This document shows positions 30,377 to 40,250 of a DNA stretch of 64,000 nt, in pieces (positions within the stretch are counted from its first letter, which is position 1; each line of letters starts with the position of its first letter). Origin of the DNA: Terriglobia bacterium. Its GTDB lineage: Bacteria; Acidobacteriota; Terriglobia; JAJPHL01; JAPKYU01. The notes beneath the pieces were generated by a model. It did no database searches, was not told the origin of the DNA, and was given only the letters and a program-made list of their open reading frames with translations. The position numbers and the translations under genes are program-made. Location: assembly GCA_965206645.1 (NCBI GenBank), contig CBDBKE010000004.1, positions 2,156,642 to 2,220,641 on the forward strand, read 5' to 3'.

Positions 30377-31346
30377 GGAACTGGACCGGCTGGTGGACCT
30401 GCTCGTGGATCACGCCATGGTCGTGGTCTCCGGCACCAAGGCGGCTGCGGAGATCGGCGTGCCCCACTCAACCCTCCAGGACTGGATCGATCGGTTGCGC
30501 GCGCATGGCGCTGACATTGCCGGGGCGCGCGGACGGGGCTTCGTTCTAAAAGCCCTTCCCGACATCCTGACCCAGCGGGTCATCAAGCAGGCGGCGCGCG
30601 GAACACAGTTCGGAGCGCAGGTGCACCACTACTACTCGATCGGCTCGACAATGGATGTCGCCTCGGAGCTGGCCCACCACGGCGCGCCTCATGGCACAAT
30701 TGTTTTGGCAGAAGAACAGACAGCCGGACGAGGGCGCCTCGGCCACAGCTGGTATTCGGAGCGCTCCACGGGAATTTACTGCTCGCTGATTCTCCGCCCA
30801 AAAATGCCCGCGGCTCTAGGACCGGTCCTAACTCTGGCAGCCGGCCTGGCGTTGGCCGATACGGTTTCGGAACTCGCCCACCAGCCCGCGGACCTGCGCT
30901 GGCCCAACGACGTGCTCCTGGGCGAGCTTAAGTGCGGCGGCGTTCTGCTGGAGATGACGGCTGAGGCCGAACTCGTCAAGCACCTGGGGCTGGGCATCGG
31001 GGTCAACGTGAACCAGCAGGCCTTCCCGCAGGAGCTGGCCGGGGAAGCCACCTCGCTGGCGCTAGTGGCCGGGCGATGCTTGTCGCGTGCCGAGGTGCTG
31101 GAAACCCTGTTGCATGCACTGGACGGGCGCTGCCGCCAGTTCCTCGACGCGGGTAGCGCCTCGGTGATCGCAGATTTTCAGTCGCGTTCCAGTTTCGCCT
31201 GGGGTCGCCGGGTGGTCGTGGAGAACCAATCGGGTAGCTTTACCGGCGCTACCCAGGGCCTGGACTCCACTGGCTTTCTGCTGGTGCTCCGTGACGACAC
31301 CGCGAGCGTCGAACCCGTGCTGGCGGGCACACTCCGGCCGGCCTGA
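30369..31346 (+). CDS. birA: Bifunctional biotin ligase/repressor
   Basis: N-terminal HTH, STMD, EQTAGRGR, RWPND, KCGGVL and GIGVNVN. Confidence 0.93.
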   Translation: MDKELDRLVDLLVDHAMVVVSGTKAAAEIGVPHSTLQDWIDRLRAHGADIAGARGRGFVLKALPDILTQRVIKQAARGTQFGAQVHHYYSIGSTMDVASELAHHGAPHGTIVLAEEQTAGRGRLGHSWYSERSTGIYCSLILRPKMPAALGPVLTLAAGLALADTVSELAHQPADLRWPNDVLLGELKCGGVLLEMTAEAELVKHLGLGIGVNVNQQAFPQELAGEATSLALVAGRCLSRAEVLETLLHALDGRCRQFLDAGSASVIADFQSRSSFAWGRRVVVENQSGSFTGATQGLDSTGFLLVLRDDTASVEPVLAGTLRPA

Positions 31347-31354
31347 GAGGGCGT

Positions 31355-32125
31355 ATGCTTCTGGCTATTGATATCGGCAACACCAACGCTGTGCTGGGGC
31401 TGTTTGACGGCCAGCGACTGGTGGCCCACTGGCGGCTGACCACGCTGCACGAGCAGACCGTGGATGAGTATGGCATCCTGATCCGTAACCTGTTTGCAGT
31501 GGACCAGATTGACCCGGACAGCATCCACGGCATCATCATCTCCAGCGTGGTGCCGCAGCTCGACTCGACCCTGGAGGAGGTGGCGCTGCGCTATTTCGGG
31601 CGCGCCCCGCTGTTTGTCCGGCCAGAGACGCTGACCGGCATTCCGCTACTGTACGACAACCCCCAGGAGGTCGGAGCGGATCGCATGGTGAATGCGGTCG
31701 CCGCCCATGCGAAGTACGGTGGACCCTGCGTGGTGGTGGACTTCGGCACGGCTATTACCTTCGACGCCATCTCCCGGCAGAGCGAGTACCTGGGCGGGAT
31801 CATTGCGCCCGGATTAGGCATCTCGGCCGAAGCCCTGTTCAGCCGCGCCGCTCGACTCACCCGGGTGGACTTGCGCGAACCGGCCCAGGTGATCGGCACC
31901 AACACTACCGCCAGCATCCAGTCCGGGCTCTACTACGGCTTCATCGGCTTGGTGGACGGCATCCTGGAACGAATTTTGGCGGCGCTGGGGTCCGGGGCGG
32001 CGGTGGTGGCCACCGGAGGCCAGGCGGAGCTGCTGGCTCGCGGCTCGCGCTTCATCCGCGAAGTGGACCAGAAATTGACCTTGGAAGGCCTGCGGATCAT
32101 CTGGGAGCGGAACCGCCCTATCTAG
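31355..32125 (+). CDS. coaX: Type III pantothenate kinase
   Basis: IDIGNTN, SSVVP, VGADR, VDFGTA and ATGG. Confidence 0.96.
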   Translation: MLLAIDIGNTNAVLGLFDGQRLVAHWRLTTLHEQTVDEYGILIRNLFAVDQIDPDSIHGIIISSVVPQLDSTLEEVALRYFGRAPLFVRPETLTGIPLLYDNPQEVGADRMVNAVAAHAKYGGPCVVVDFGTAITFDAISRQSEYLGGIIAPGLGISAEALFSRAARLTRVDLREPAQVIGTNTTASIQSGLYYGFIGLVDGILERILAALGSGAAVVATGGQAELLARGSRFIREVDQKLTLEGLRIIWERNRPI

Positions 32126-32199
32126 CCGCTGTCTCTCACTCTGGCGGGTCATCGTCGCAGCGTTGAAAACGCAACGGCGGAATAAAGTTGGCGTCCGGG

Positions 32200-32853
32200 A
32201 TGGAAAACTACTTCAATTATTTCACTGAAATTGAGGAGCATTTTCAGAGGGCGCGCGGGTCCGGGACATTTCGGCTTTCCACCCTGGACTGGGCACTGAT
32301 TGAGAGCTGGAAGGAATCGCAGATTCCCCTGGAGGCGGCGCTGCGCGGGATTGATCGCGCCTTTGAAAAATGGCACGCGCGGGCGCGCCGGAGCCGAATG
32401 GTGAACAGCTTGGCTTACTGCGCTCAGGAGGTGATGGCGGCAGCGCATGAGGAGGCCCCAACAGCCGACAGCCGTCCGTCCGTCGCCGCTCCCTTCACTG
32501 CGGAGGAACTGGCGACTCTGTTTGGCCGACACGCGACGGCGCTGCAACCTCGCTTGCCGGAGCTCGCCCAGAGCCTGGACGAGCTCCGGCAAGCCGCCGA
32601 ATCTGGCATCCCGCTGGACCTGGAAGAGGTGGAGCGACGCCTCACCGTGCTGGAAGAGAAAATGTTCTCGGCCCTGCTCGCCAGCGCCAGCGAGCAACGC
32701 CTGCTGGCACTCCACCGCGAACTGGAATCGGCTCTGCGACCCTATCGGAGGAAGCTGTCGGCCGAGCAGATGACGCTTCTGGAAAAACAATTTCTCCGTC
32801 GGGAACTTGTGGAGGCGGCCGGGCTGCCGCGTCTCAGCCTGTTCCACTGGTGA
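32200..32853 (+). CDS. Conserved hypothetical protein (N-terminal DnaD-like motif suspected)
   Basis: Uninterrupted ORF coupled to rlmD by a GTGA overlap; LSTLDWALIESW...IPLEAALRGIDRAF...SLAYC. Confidence 0.7.
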   Translation: MENYFNYFTEIEEHFQRARGSGTFRLSTLDWALIESWKESQIPLEAALRGIDRAFEKWHARARRSRMVNSLAYCAQEVMAAAHEEAPTADSRPSVAAPFTAEELATLFGRHATALQPRLPELAQSLDELRQAAESGIPLDLEEVERRLTVLEEKMFSALLASASEQRLLALHRELESALRPYRRKLSAEQMTLLEKQFLRRELVEAAGLPRLSLFHW

Positions 32854-34172
32854 AGCCGGCAATGGAGCTGCGCATTGAAAAGCTGGTGTATGGAGGCGAG
32901 GGCCTGGGACGGCTGGAAGGCCGCGCCGTGCTGCTGCCTCTGGTGCTGGCCGGTGAGCGCGTCGAAGCCCATCCCGTGAAGGAGGAGCCCCGGCTGGTTC
33001 GGGCCCGGCTCGCCCAGGTACTGGAGCCTTCGCCGGCACGAATCGCCCCCCACTGCACCTACTTCACGCGGTGCGGCGGTTGCCACTATCAGCATATGGG
33101 CTACGAAGAGCAGCTCCTCTATAAAGCAGCCATCCTCCAGGAGACGCTGCAGCGGGTGGGCAAGATCACCGCTCCAGCGCCAGAGCTGCTGGCTTCCCCG
33201 CCCTGGCACTACCGCAACCGCGCGCAGTTCAAAACCCACAAGCACGGCGACACATTCCAGTTGGGGTATTTTGAGCTGGGCTCGCATCGGCTGCTGCCCG
33301 TGGAGCGCTGTCCCATCAGCTCGCCGCGCATCAACGAGATTCTTCCCGAACTGTGGCAATTGGGCCGGCGCTCCGATTTCCCCGCTGGAAGCGGCGAAAT
33401 CGAGGTGTTTGTGACGCACGACGACTCCGGCGTGCTGGTAAATGTGGCCAGCCAGGGCCGCTGGCCGGAAACATTGGTCAGCGCGCTGCATGAGCACATT
33501 GCGGATGTTGCCTCGCTGGCCGTGGCGGAAGGCGCGGCCCGGCTTGCCGCCCTCCCCCGGTCCGCAACGAGCCGCGTTTTCGGACGCGGCTACCTCGTTT
33601 ACCGGGCAGGGAATATGGAGCATCGTGTCAGCCACGGTTCGTTTTTCCAGACCAATCGCTTCCTGGCGGATACTCTGGCAGCCGTTGCCACCGAAAATCT
33701 GGAGGGAGACACGGCAGTGGACCTGTTCGCCGGCGTCGGCTACTTTGCTCTGCACCTAGCGGGCAAGTTCCGCCGCGTGGTGGCCGTCGAATCCAACAAC
33801 GCCAGTATCCGAGACCTGGAGTCCAACCGGCAGAGAGCCGGGCTGGCGCATGTGGAGGCGGTGCCCGCTACTGCGGAGCAATTTCTGCCCCAACCGAACA
33901 CTCCGCCGCGCCGCGGCTCCGGCCGACTCGCCTTGCACCCCGACGCCGTGTTGCTGGACCCGCCGCGCGCCGGCCTGAGCAAAGCCGCTGCCGGGCACTT
34001 GGCCGACCTGGGTGCGCCCACAATTATCTATGTCTCCTGCGATCCCTCCACGCTGGCGCGCGACTTGGCCCGGCTGACGGCTCGCGACTATCGCCTGGCG
34101 CGCCTGCGGCTGGTGGACCTGTTCCCGCAGGCGTTTCACATCGAGACGATTGCCACATTGGAAAAGAACTGA
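32850..34172 (+). CDS. rlmD: 23S rRNA (uracil-5)-methyltransferase, RlmD/TrmA family
   Basis: TRAM domain, C.YF..CGGC Fe-S motif, SFFQTN, LDPPRAG, YVSCDP and DLFPQ..HIE. Confidence 0.9.
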   Translation: MKPAMELRIEKLVYGGEGLGRLEGRAVLLPLVLAGERVEAHPVKEEPRLVRARLAQVLEPSPARIAPHCTYFTRCGGCHYQHMGYEEQLLYKAAILQETLQRVGKITAPAPELLASPPWHYRNRAQFKTHKHGDTFQLGYFELGSHRLLPVERCPISSPRINEILPELWQLGRRSDFPAGSGEIEVFVTHDDSGVLVNVASQGRWPETLVSALHEHIADVASLAVAEGAARLAALPRSATSRVFGRGYLVYRAGNMEHRVSHGSFFQTNRFLADTLAAVATENLEGDTAVDLFAGVGYFALHLAGKFRRVVAVESNNASIRDLESNRQRAGLAHVEAVPATAEQFLPQPNTPPRRGSGRLALHPDAVLLDPPRAGLSKAAAGHLADLGAPTIIYVSCDPSTLARDLARLTARDYRLARLRLVDLFPQAFHIETIATLEKN

Positions 34173-34279
34173 GATTTTGTTCGAAGAACCAGGATGACCA
34201 CCAGGCTGGCAACTGGGTACTACGATCACAGCCGGAGCCCGTCGGCGCTTCGGCTGCATCAGTGATACTGAAATAGGCC

Positions 34280-36853
34280 GTGCGGAATCCACTATTGCCG
34301 GTGGCCGCCGCTCTGGCCGGCGGCATTTACGCTGAACGGTGGCTGCGCCTTCACGAGCAGGAGTACCTGCTTTGGATCAGCATCCTGTTGTGTGCCGCGG
34401 CGATCGCTTTGCGGCTGCGGCACCATGCCGGCGCCCTCGCCCTCGCGCTGCTGGGCACGACGTTGGTCGGCTCCTTCTTCCTGTTCCACTGGCGGCACGC
34501 TCGGCCGCCTGAGGATATCGCCAACCTCGTGGACGCCGGTCGCGTGGACCTCAGCGAACCCGTCCGGCTGACCGGCTGGATTGCCCAGGCAACACTGCAT
34601 CGTGGCCGTGACGAAACCTACCTGTTGCGTCTGGAAGAAGTCGAGAGCCTGCAGCGAATCTGGCCTGCCTCTGGCACTATCCGCTTGCAATACTTCATCC
34701 TTGACTCGTTCGAACCACGGTTGAGCCTGCGCTATGGCGAGCAAGTGAGCGTGCGGACGCGCCTGCGGCCCGTCCGCGGCTTTCTCAATCCTGGCAGCTT
34801 CGACCGGCAAGGACGAGCCCGCCGCCAGGGTATGCTCTTCTACGCGAGCATCAAGGCGGCGGAATTGGTCGAGCGGCTCTCGGGCCAGCGCGGGTCTCGA
34901 TCGATGGCCGTTCTCGACGGCCTGCGCCGTGCACTGCTCGACCGCCTCGACGCTCTGTTTCCGATGCCGTCGCAGGCGAACGGGTTGCTCCGCGCTCTGC
35001 TGTTTGGAGACCGCTCGGGTCTGGATCGCCGAGTCTTGGAAAACTTTCGGAAGAGCGGTGCCTACCACGCTCTGGTTGTCTCCGGGCTCCACACTGCGGC
35101 GGTGGCCGGTTTCTTGCTGTTGCTGCTGCGCCTCTTCCGCCTGCCCCCACTTCCCGCCACGCTGCTGGCGCTGGCCGGCCTGGCCTGTTATGTCGCGCTG
35201 GTCGGGAGGAGCGTGCCCACCCAGCGGGCTGCGGTCATGATTGGCCTGTACCTGCTGGCACGCCTGATCTACCGCGAACGCGCCCTGCTGAATACGATTG
35301 CGGCCGCCGCCTTGCTGCTGCTGATTCTCCATCCGGCCGACCTGAACGATGCGGGCTTCCAGCTTTCCTTTTTTGCCGTGCTGCTGATCGCCGCAATTGC
35401 CGTGCCCTGGATAGAGCAAACCTCGGCGCCTTACCGCAGGGCCGTGGAGGACCTGGAGAATCGCGACCGCGATCTTACTCTGGCTCCCCCGCAGGCGCAG
35501 TTTCGTATTGAATTGCGAATGCTCGACGACGCACTCCGCGAAAAAGTGCCAGCATGGCTTTTCCTGCCAGCCGTGCGCGCCGCCTTCCGCATCTACGAAC
35601 TGCTCGTGGTCTCGCTGGTGATTCAGGTGGGATTTCTGTTGCCGCTATCGATCTATTTCTACCGTGCCAGTTGGGTTGGCGTGTCGGCCAATCTTTTCCT
35701 TGTGCCGCTTCTGGGGCTGGTGGTGCCGTTGGGAATGGCGACTCTGCTGCTGGCGCTCGTCTCCGAGACGCTGGCTGGACTGCTGGCCATTCCCCTGGCC
35801 GCGCTGCTGGAAATGATGCTGGCCGCGGCGCGCTGGCACGCTGGGCTGGCCCTGGCCTCCCTGCGCGTGCCGCCGCCTCCGCCGTGGGTCTCGGCAATGT
35901 TCCTGCTGGCGACGGCCCTGCTGGCCGGTAGCCTGCTGGCCCGCCGGGCCCGTCCGGCCGCAGCAGGCGCGCTAGCGCTGGCGGCCGCCGCGGTGCTCAT
36001 CACCTGGCACCCTTTCCCGCCTCAATTGCCGGAGGGCGAAGTCGAGATTACGACCCTCGATGTAGGTCAAGGCGATGCGTTGGTGGTGCTGGCTCCTCCA
36101 GGGCGGGTGATGGTGGTGGATGTGGGCGGCTTGCCCGGGAGGCAGGTCGCCACCGACACCGGCGAGATTGTCTCGGCCTACCTGTGGTCGCGTGGCATTC
36201 GCCGCATTGACGTGCTGGCTCTCACCCACGCCCATCACGATCATGTGGCCGGCCTGGAAACGGTGATGGCGAATTTCCAGGTTGCCGAGCTGTGGCTGCC
36301 GTCGATCCCCCACCTGGAAGCCTACGAGCGGCTCCAGCAAAGGGCCCGGCAACGCGCTATCCCGGTGCACACCTACAGCCGGGGAGACACGGCCCGCCTG
36401 GGCGAGGCCACCGTGGCCTTTCTCTCCCCAGGCTCGAACTACCAACCGGCGTGGCGCCCGCACAATGACGATTCTCTAGTGATGCGACTCAGCTACGGCA
36501 GGCGCGCGGCATTGCTGGCCGGCGATGTGCAACAGACCATGGAAATGGAGCTATTGCGCGATAGCCGTCCGCTGCAGGCCGACTGGCTGAAGGTGCCGCA
36601 CCACGGGAGTAAGAGCTCGAACTCGCTGGAGTTCCTGTCTGAGGTGGGCGCCCCATACGGAGTGATTTCGGTAGCGGCCAACAGTCGCTTCGGTCACCCG
36701 CACCCGGAGGCTCTGGAGCGATTGCGCGATGCCCGTGTTCGCCTCTTCCGCACCGACCGGGACGGCGCGGTCACCTGGGCAACCGATGGGAACCGCGGGC
36801 GCCTCAGCACCTTCCAGTGGGAACGCCGCCGCGCCGCCATCGACCTGTGGTGA
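34280..36853 (+). CDS. comEC: DNA internalization competence protein ComEC/Rec2
   Basis: HALVVSGLH, GFQLSF, and a metallo-beta-lactamase domain (LDVGQGDA, THAHHDH, KVPHHGS, GHPH). Confidence 0.95.
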   Translation: MRNPLLPVAAALAGGIYAERWLRLHEQEYLLWISILLCAAAIALRLRHHAGALALALLGTTLVGSFFLFHWRHARPPEDIANLVDAGRVDLSEPVRLTGWIAQATLHRGRDETYLLRLEEVESLQRIWPASGTIRLQYFILDSFEPRLSLRYGEQVSVRTRLRPVRGFLNPGSFDRQGRARRQGMLFYASIKAAELVERLSGQRGSRSMAVLDGLRRALLDRLDALFPMPSQANGLLRALLFGDRSGLDRRVLENFRKSGAYHALVVSGLHTAAVAGFLLLLLRLFRLPPLPATLLALAGLACYVALVGRSVPTQRAAVMIGLYLLARLIYRERALLNTIAAAALLLLILHPADLNDAGFQLSFFAVLLIAAIAVPWIEQTSAPYRRAVEDLENRDRDLTLAPPQAQFRIELRMLDDALREKVPAWLFLPAVRAAFRIYELLVVSLVIQVGFLLPLSIYFYRASWVGVSANLFLVPLLGLVVPLGMATLLLALVSETLAGLLAIPLAALLEMMLAAARWHAGLALASLRVPPPPPWVSAMFLLATALLAGSLLARRARPAAAGALALAAAAVLITWHPFPPQLPEGEVEITTLDVGQGDALVVLAPPGRVMVVDVGGLPGRQVATDTGEIVSAYLWSRGIRRIDVLALTHAHHDHVAGLETVMANFQVAELWLPSIPHLEAYERLQQRARQRAIPVHTYSRGDTARLGEATVAFLSPGSNYQPAWRPHNDDSLVMRLSYGRRAALLAGDVQQTMEMELLRDSRPLQADWLKVPHHGSKSSNSLEFLSEVGAPYGVISVAANSRFGHPHPEALERLRDARVRLFRTDRDGAVTWATDGNRGRLSTFQWERRRAAIDLW

Positions 36854-36999
36854 ATCTCACTGGGGGGCTCGGCAGAATCTTCCACAAGACCTCAGCTGTA
36901 AGGACTCAACCTGGCGAACGCTGGCACGTGGACGCTTGCTGGACTAAGGAGCGAAAACATATAATCGAACCGCACTGAGGCGCCCGTCCAGGATGGACC

Positions 37000-37275
37000 A
37001 TGAGTTCCACAAGCGGGAGTCGACTTCCGCGCAAACCCACCGAAGCTGAGATTCGAGAAGAAAGCCGGAAAACACGGCGGCTCCAGTTCCTGGTGCACCT
37101 GGTGATGAGCGTGATCAGCCAGAGCCAGCACATGCCCATCGAGGAGGCTTCGTCGATGGTGGCGGCCACCAAGCGGGCGGCCCTGACCATGTTTCCGGAC
37201 AAGGAATTTGCTTTCGACCTGATTTACAAGCCCCGCCTTCAAAGACTGCTCACCGAAAAATACAGGATTCAATAA
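37000..37275 (+). CDS. Small conserved hypothetical protein
   Basis: 91-aa ORF with TATAAT at about 36960 and an upstream purine-rich RBS; FPDKEFAFDLIYKPRLQRLL. Confidence 0.65.
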   Translation: MSSTSGSRLPRKPTEAEIREESRKTRRLQFLVHLVMSVISQSQHMPIEEASSMVAATKRAALTMFPDKEFAFDLIYKPRLQRLLTEKYRIQ

Positions 37276-37328
37276 CACTGCGGTTTGGCATCCGGTAAGG
37301 ATGTCAGCGGAGCGAGATCGCCTTTAGG

Positions 37329-37356
37329 TGGCGGAGAGGGAGGGATTCGAACCCTC
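37329..37356 (-). other. 3'-end remnant of tRNA-Ser (putative att site, island boundary)
   Basis: The minus strand reads GAGGGTTCGAATCCCTCCCTCTCCGCCA (T-arm, acceptor strand and CCA). No 5' half lies upstream. Confidence 0.8.
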
Positions 37357-37559
37357 ACTGTTTTCTGGAGCTACCTAAGTTACTGCTTTTCCCATGGGGC
37401 GAACGAGGCAAAGGGAGCGAAAAGCGGTATCTGGGGCATACAAAAGCGAACCTCATCACTTGCGTCATCACCGAGACAACCGACGCCGTCCGGCCTTGCC
37501 AAGCGGGCTATCATTAAACTGGTGCGGTCCTACTTCCTGGGGCGTTCCTCCTGATAAGC

Positions 37560-37593
37560 ATAGGTAAACACTGACCGACTAGTGGGGACCTAT
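37560..37593 (+). repeat. 34-bp 13-8-13 imperfect palindrome, site 1
   Basis: ATAGGTAAACACT-GACCGACT-AGTGGGGACCTAT. Confidence 0.85.
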
Positions 37594-37728
37594 CTGCCAA
37601 GTCTGAACTAACTCTTTCCGTTTCAGAGAATTACTGCAGCCCGAGAAAGTATCAAGAGCGCGGGAGATAGACCAGACCGGTCATAGGAGTGGTCGTATGT
37701 GGCTATAATCACTGCCTTGAGGAGTTCC

Positions 37729-38366
37729 ATGCGGTCCCTCTTGAACGAGCTGCTTTTAGCGGCCGTGTTTTCCCTCATGTGTCTTCCGGCTTTGGGCCAG
37801 TTTGCCCAACCTGCTTACTCGCGGTTGGACGCGCAGGGCACCCTTCCTGCGGGGTGCGTTGACGCACCCATTGTGTACGACACACCGGGCCGCCGGTTAT
37901 TTGATGTTCGGCGGGCAGGATGCCGCCAGCCCGCGCAATGACCTTTGGGAGTATTCCTTCGATCGTCGAGAGTGGACCGAGTTGAATCCATCGGGGACCT
38001 TGCCTCCAGCTCGTTTTGGACATACCACAGTCTTTGATCCTGTTCGCCGTCGCCTGGTCTTATTTGGGGGCCAGGCCGCGGGGTTTTTCAGCGACGTTTG
38101 GGCATACGATATCGCTCAGAACACGTGGCAACAGCTTAGCCCCGACGAGGCCGGTCCGAACCGCCGGTATGGTCATTCGGCGATTTACGATGCTGCGAGA
38201 GATCGCCTTATCATCTCGCACGGGTTTACGACCGCCGGCCGATTCGATGACACTTGGGCCTATGAGCTGGGGACAAACACTTGGCGGGAGATCTCGTCTT
38301 CCGGCATCAGGCCACTCCCTCGCTGCTTACACCACTCGGTTTACGACGAAGGAAACGGACAAATGT
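37729..38366 (+). pseudogene. Secreted Kelch-repeat protein, frameshifted (~37900) and 3'-truncated
   Basis: RBS and signal peptide at 37729. Kelch repeats (MFGG..NDLW, ARFGHTTVFDP...LFGG, RYGHSAIYD) continue in another frame and end at DEGNGQM. Confidence 0.8.
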
Positions 38367-38708
38367 TGGATGGCGTCCAATTTGGCGACCGATTCACAGG
38401 ACTTCCAAAACAACCGTGAAAGACTCATCGAGATCGGCTACCACGGAGGCCCAGGCAACGAACGGCGGCTCCTGTTTCTGTCCTACAGCCTAGACGTGTT
38501 GAATTGGTTTCCGGCCGGATGCATCGCCATGTGGCCCAGTCCTCTGCAGGCATTCATGTATCCATGCGTAGCGGTGGATGGGGACGACCTCGTGCTTATT
38601 TCTCGCACGTCGAAGGACGCTCAGAATCAGCACGACGCCGACCTGGTCACGTTCCACCGGATTCAGGACTTCCGGTCTTTGGCTCTGAACCTCCGTCCGG
38701 AGATCTAA
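38367..38708 (+). pseudogene. C-terminal fragment of a sialidase-like/BNR beta-propeller protein
   Basis: GNERRLLFLSYSLDVLNW..AG, FMYP...VDGDDL..ISRTS...NQHDADLVTFHRI.DFR; no start of its own, fused to the Kelch fragment. Confidence 0.55.
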
Positions 38709-38969
38709 GCACAGAGCGCAACTCAAGGCTGCACCCCACCAGCACACGAGGGCAAGGGTGGTCAGGGCGGGCGGATTGCCGATACGGTGATTTGGAGTAA
38801 GCCGCCCTGCCGATTTGGCAGGGCTAACCCTGTCGCCTGCCGCCGACAGAGCTACGCCAACCAGATCGCTGCTCAACCTGCCAGTCAAGCCACAGCGCCT
38901 CGCCGAGCTCGCCATGCTGTTCACGACTTTCGGGCTGGCGAGATTGAGCCTCCTCACCAGCAATGCCGG

Positions 38970-39003
38970 ATAGGTCTACACTAACGGACTAGTGGTTACC
39001 TAT
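38970..39003 (+). repeat. 34-bp 13-8-13 imperfect palindrome, site 2
   Basis: ATAGGTCTACACT-AACGGACT-AGTGGTTACCTAT. Confidence 0.85.
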
Positions 39004-39281
39004 GATCCACAGTGAATGGCGGTCGTAGCATGGTGATTTCGGGCGAAACCATCGCAGAGCGTTGCTCGGCCAAATTTACGCGGCCCTGCGGGTACGTAGA
39101 GGGCGGTACAGCAGGAGGGTAGGAATCCACCGCCGACGACCACCACGTCGAACTCGTGTGTCTCTTTCCTCGGTCTTACGCATGCCACCGTCGCGACCGC
39201 CGGACGCGATTCAACTGGCACGGCGGGCACTGCCGCGGAAACAGCTAGCCCTCCGAGGAACCTACGACGGGAAACGCTCAC
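39000..39281 (-). pseudogene. N-terminal fragment of a Tat-exported FAD-dependent oxidoreductase
   Basis: AAGGAG RBS and GTG start; SRRRFLGG Tat motif; HEFDVVVVGGG, after which the similarity stops. The frame ends inside site 2. Confidence 0.7.
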
Positions 39282-39327
39282 GGCATACTCCTTTGCCCAC
39301 GGATTCCGATCATTGTGTCTGGAGAGC

Positions 39328-40092
39328 TTACTGAGCCGTGTACCCGCCATCCACCATGAGCGGCGTGGCGGTAATAAAGGAAGCCTCCTCAGAGGCGAGG
39401 AAGAGAATGGCATTCGCCACTTCGCGAGGATCGCCCATGCGCTTGATCAAATGTAGCGGTTTATTCAGTTCCACCACCTGTTCCTTGGTCAGTCCCTTAC
39501 TGGCGGCATCGAGCATTATGGCGGGGGTATCTATAGCTCCCGGGCAGACGCAATTCACGCGAATGTTATCCGGCGCGAGATCGAAGGCCAGGCATCGTGT
39601 CATCTGCAGCACCGCCCCTTTGCTGGTATTGTAGGGGACAAAAGCAGGCTGGGCGATGAATGAGCTAATGGAGCCCAAGTTTACGATGGACCCGCCTCCG
39701 CGCTTTCGCATGTGGGGGACAGCGTACTTGGAACAGAACGCGTACCCTTTGACGTTCACGTTCAGGACCCGGTCCCAATCCTGCTCGCTGGCCTCTTCCA
39801 CTGTTCCGAAAACAAAGGCCGCAGCGTTGTTCACCAGGATATCCGGGCCACCCAGTTCGCGGGCTGCGGTGTTCATCAGCTCCCGCACTTCGGACTCGAT
39901 GGAGATATCGGTCTTGTGAAAAAAGGTCCTACCGCCGGCAGCTTTGATCTGGGCCACAGTCTCCTCGCCGCCGCGGACGTCCAGGTCCGCTACACAAACA
40001 GCAGCGCCCTCCTCGGCAAAACGAATTGCCGTAGCCCGGCCAATTCCCGAACTCGAACCGGTAACCACCGCCACTTTGTTCGCTAGACGCAT
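39328..40092 (-). CDS. Short-chain dehydrogenase/reductase
   Basis: TGSSSGIG, NNAA, YNTSK, NCVCPG and VDGG; AGGAGG RBS. Confidence 0.95.
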   Translation of the reverse strand: MRLANKVAVVTGSSSGIGRATAIRFAEEGAAVCVADLDVRGGEETVAQIKAAGGRTFFHKTDISIESEVRELMNTAARELGGPDILVNNAAAFVFGTVEEASEQDWDRVLNVNVKGYAFCSKYAVPHMRKRGGGSIVNLGSISSFIAQPAFVPYNTSKGAVLQMTRCLAFDLAPDNIRVNCVCPGAIDTPAIMLDAASKGLTKEQVVELNKPLHLIKRMGDPREVANAILFLASEEASFITATPLMVDGGYTAQ

Positions 40093-40146
40093 GTTCTCCT
40101 CCTTAGCTCATTTCACCTGCAGCTTTCAGAACTTCTGCCTCAAAAC

Positions 40147-40180
40147 ATGAGTAAACACTAACGGGCTAGCGTTTACCAAT
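40147..40180 (+). repeat. 34-bp 13-8-13 imperfect palindrome, site 3
   Basis: ATGAGTAAACACT-AACGGGCT-AGCGTTTACCAAT. Confidence 0.8.
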
Positions 40181-40216
40181 GTTCTGCCTGGATGGTATGG
40201 CGTTCCTTAGTTAAGG

Positions 40217-40250
40217 ATAGGTAAACACTAACCGACAAGTGGAAACCTAT
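40217..40250 (+). repeat. 34-bp 13-8-13 imperfect palindrome, site 4
   Basis: ATAGGTAAACACT-AACCGACA-AGTGGAAACCTAT; flanks are homologous to those of site 1. Confidence 0.85.

Noticed and set aside
37329-37356. Functional tRNA-Ser gene
   Set aside because: Only the T-arm and 3' acceptor strand are present.
37560-40250. 34-bp palindromic repeats as a CRISPR array
   Set aside because: Spacing is 1.4 kb, 1.1 kb and 36 bp, the repeats are divergent, and there are no cas genes.
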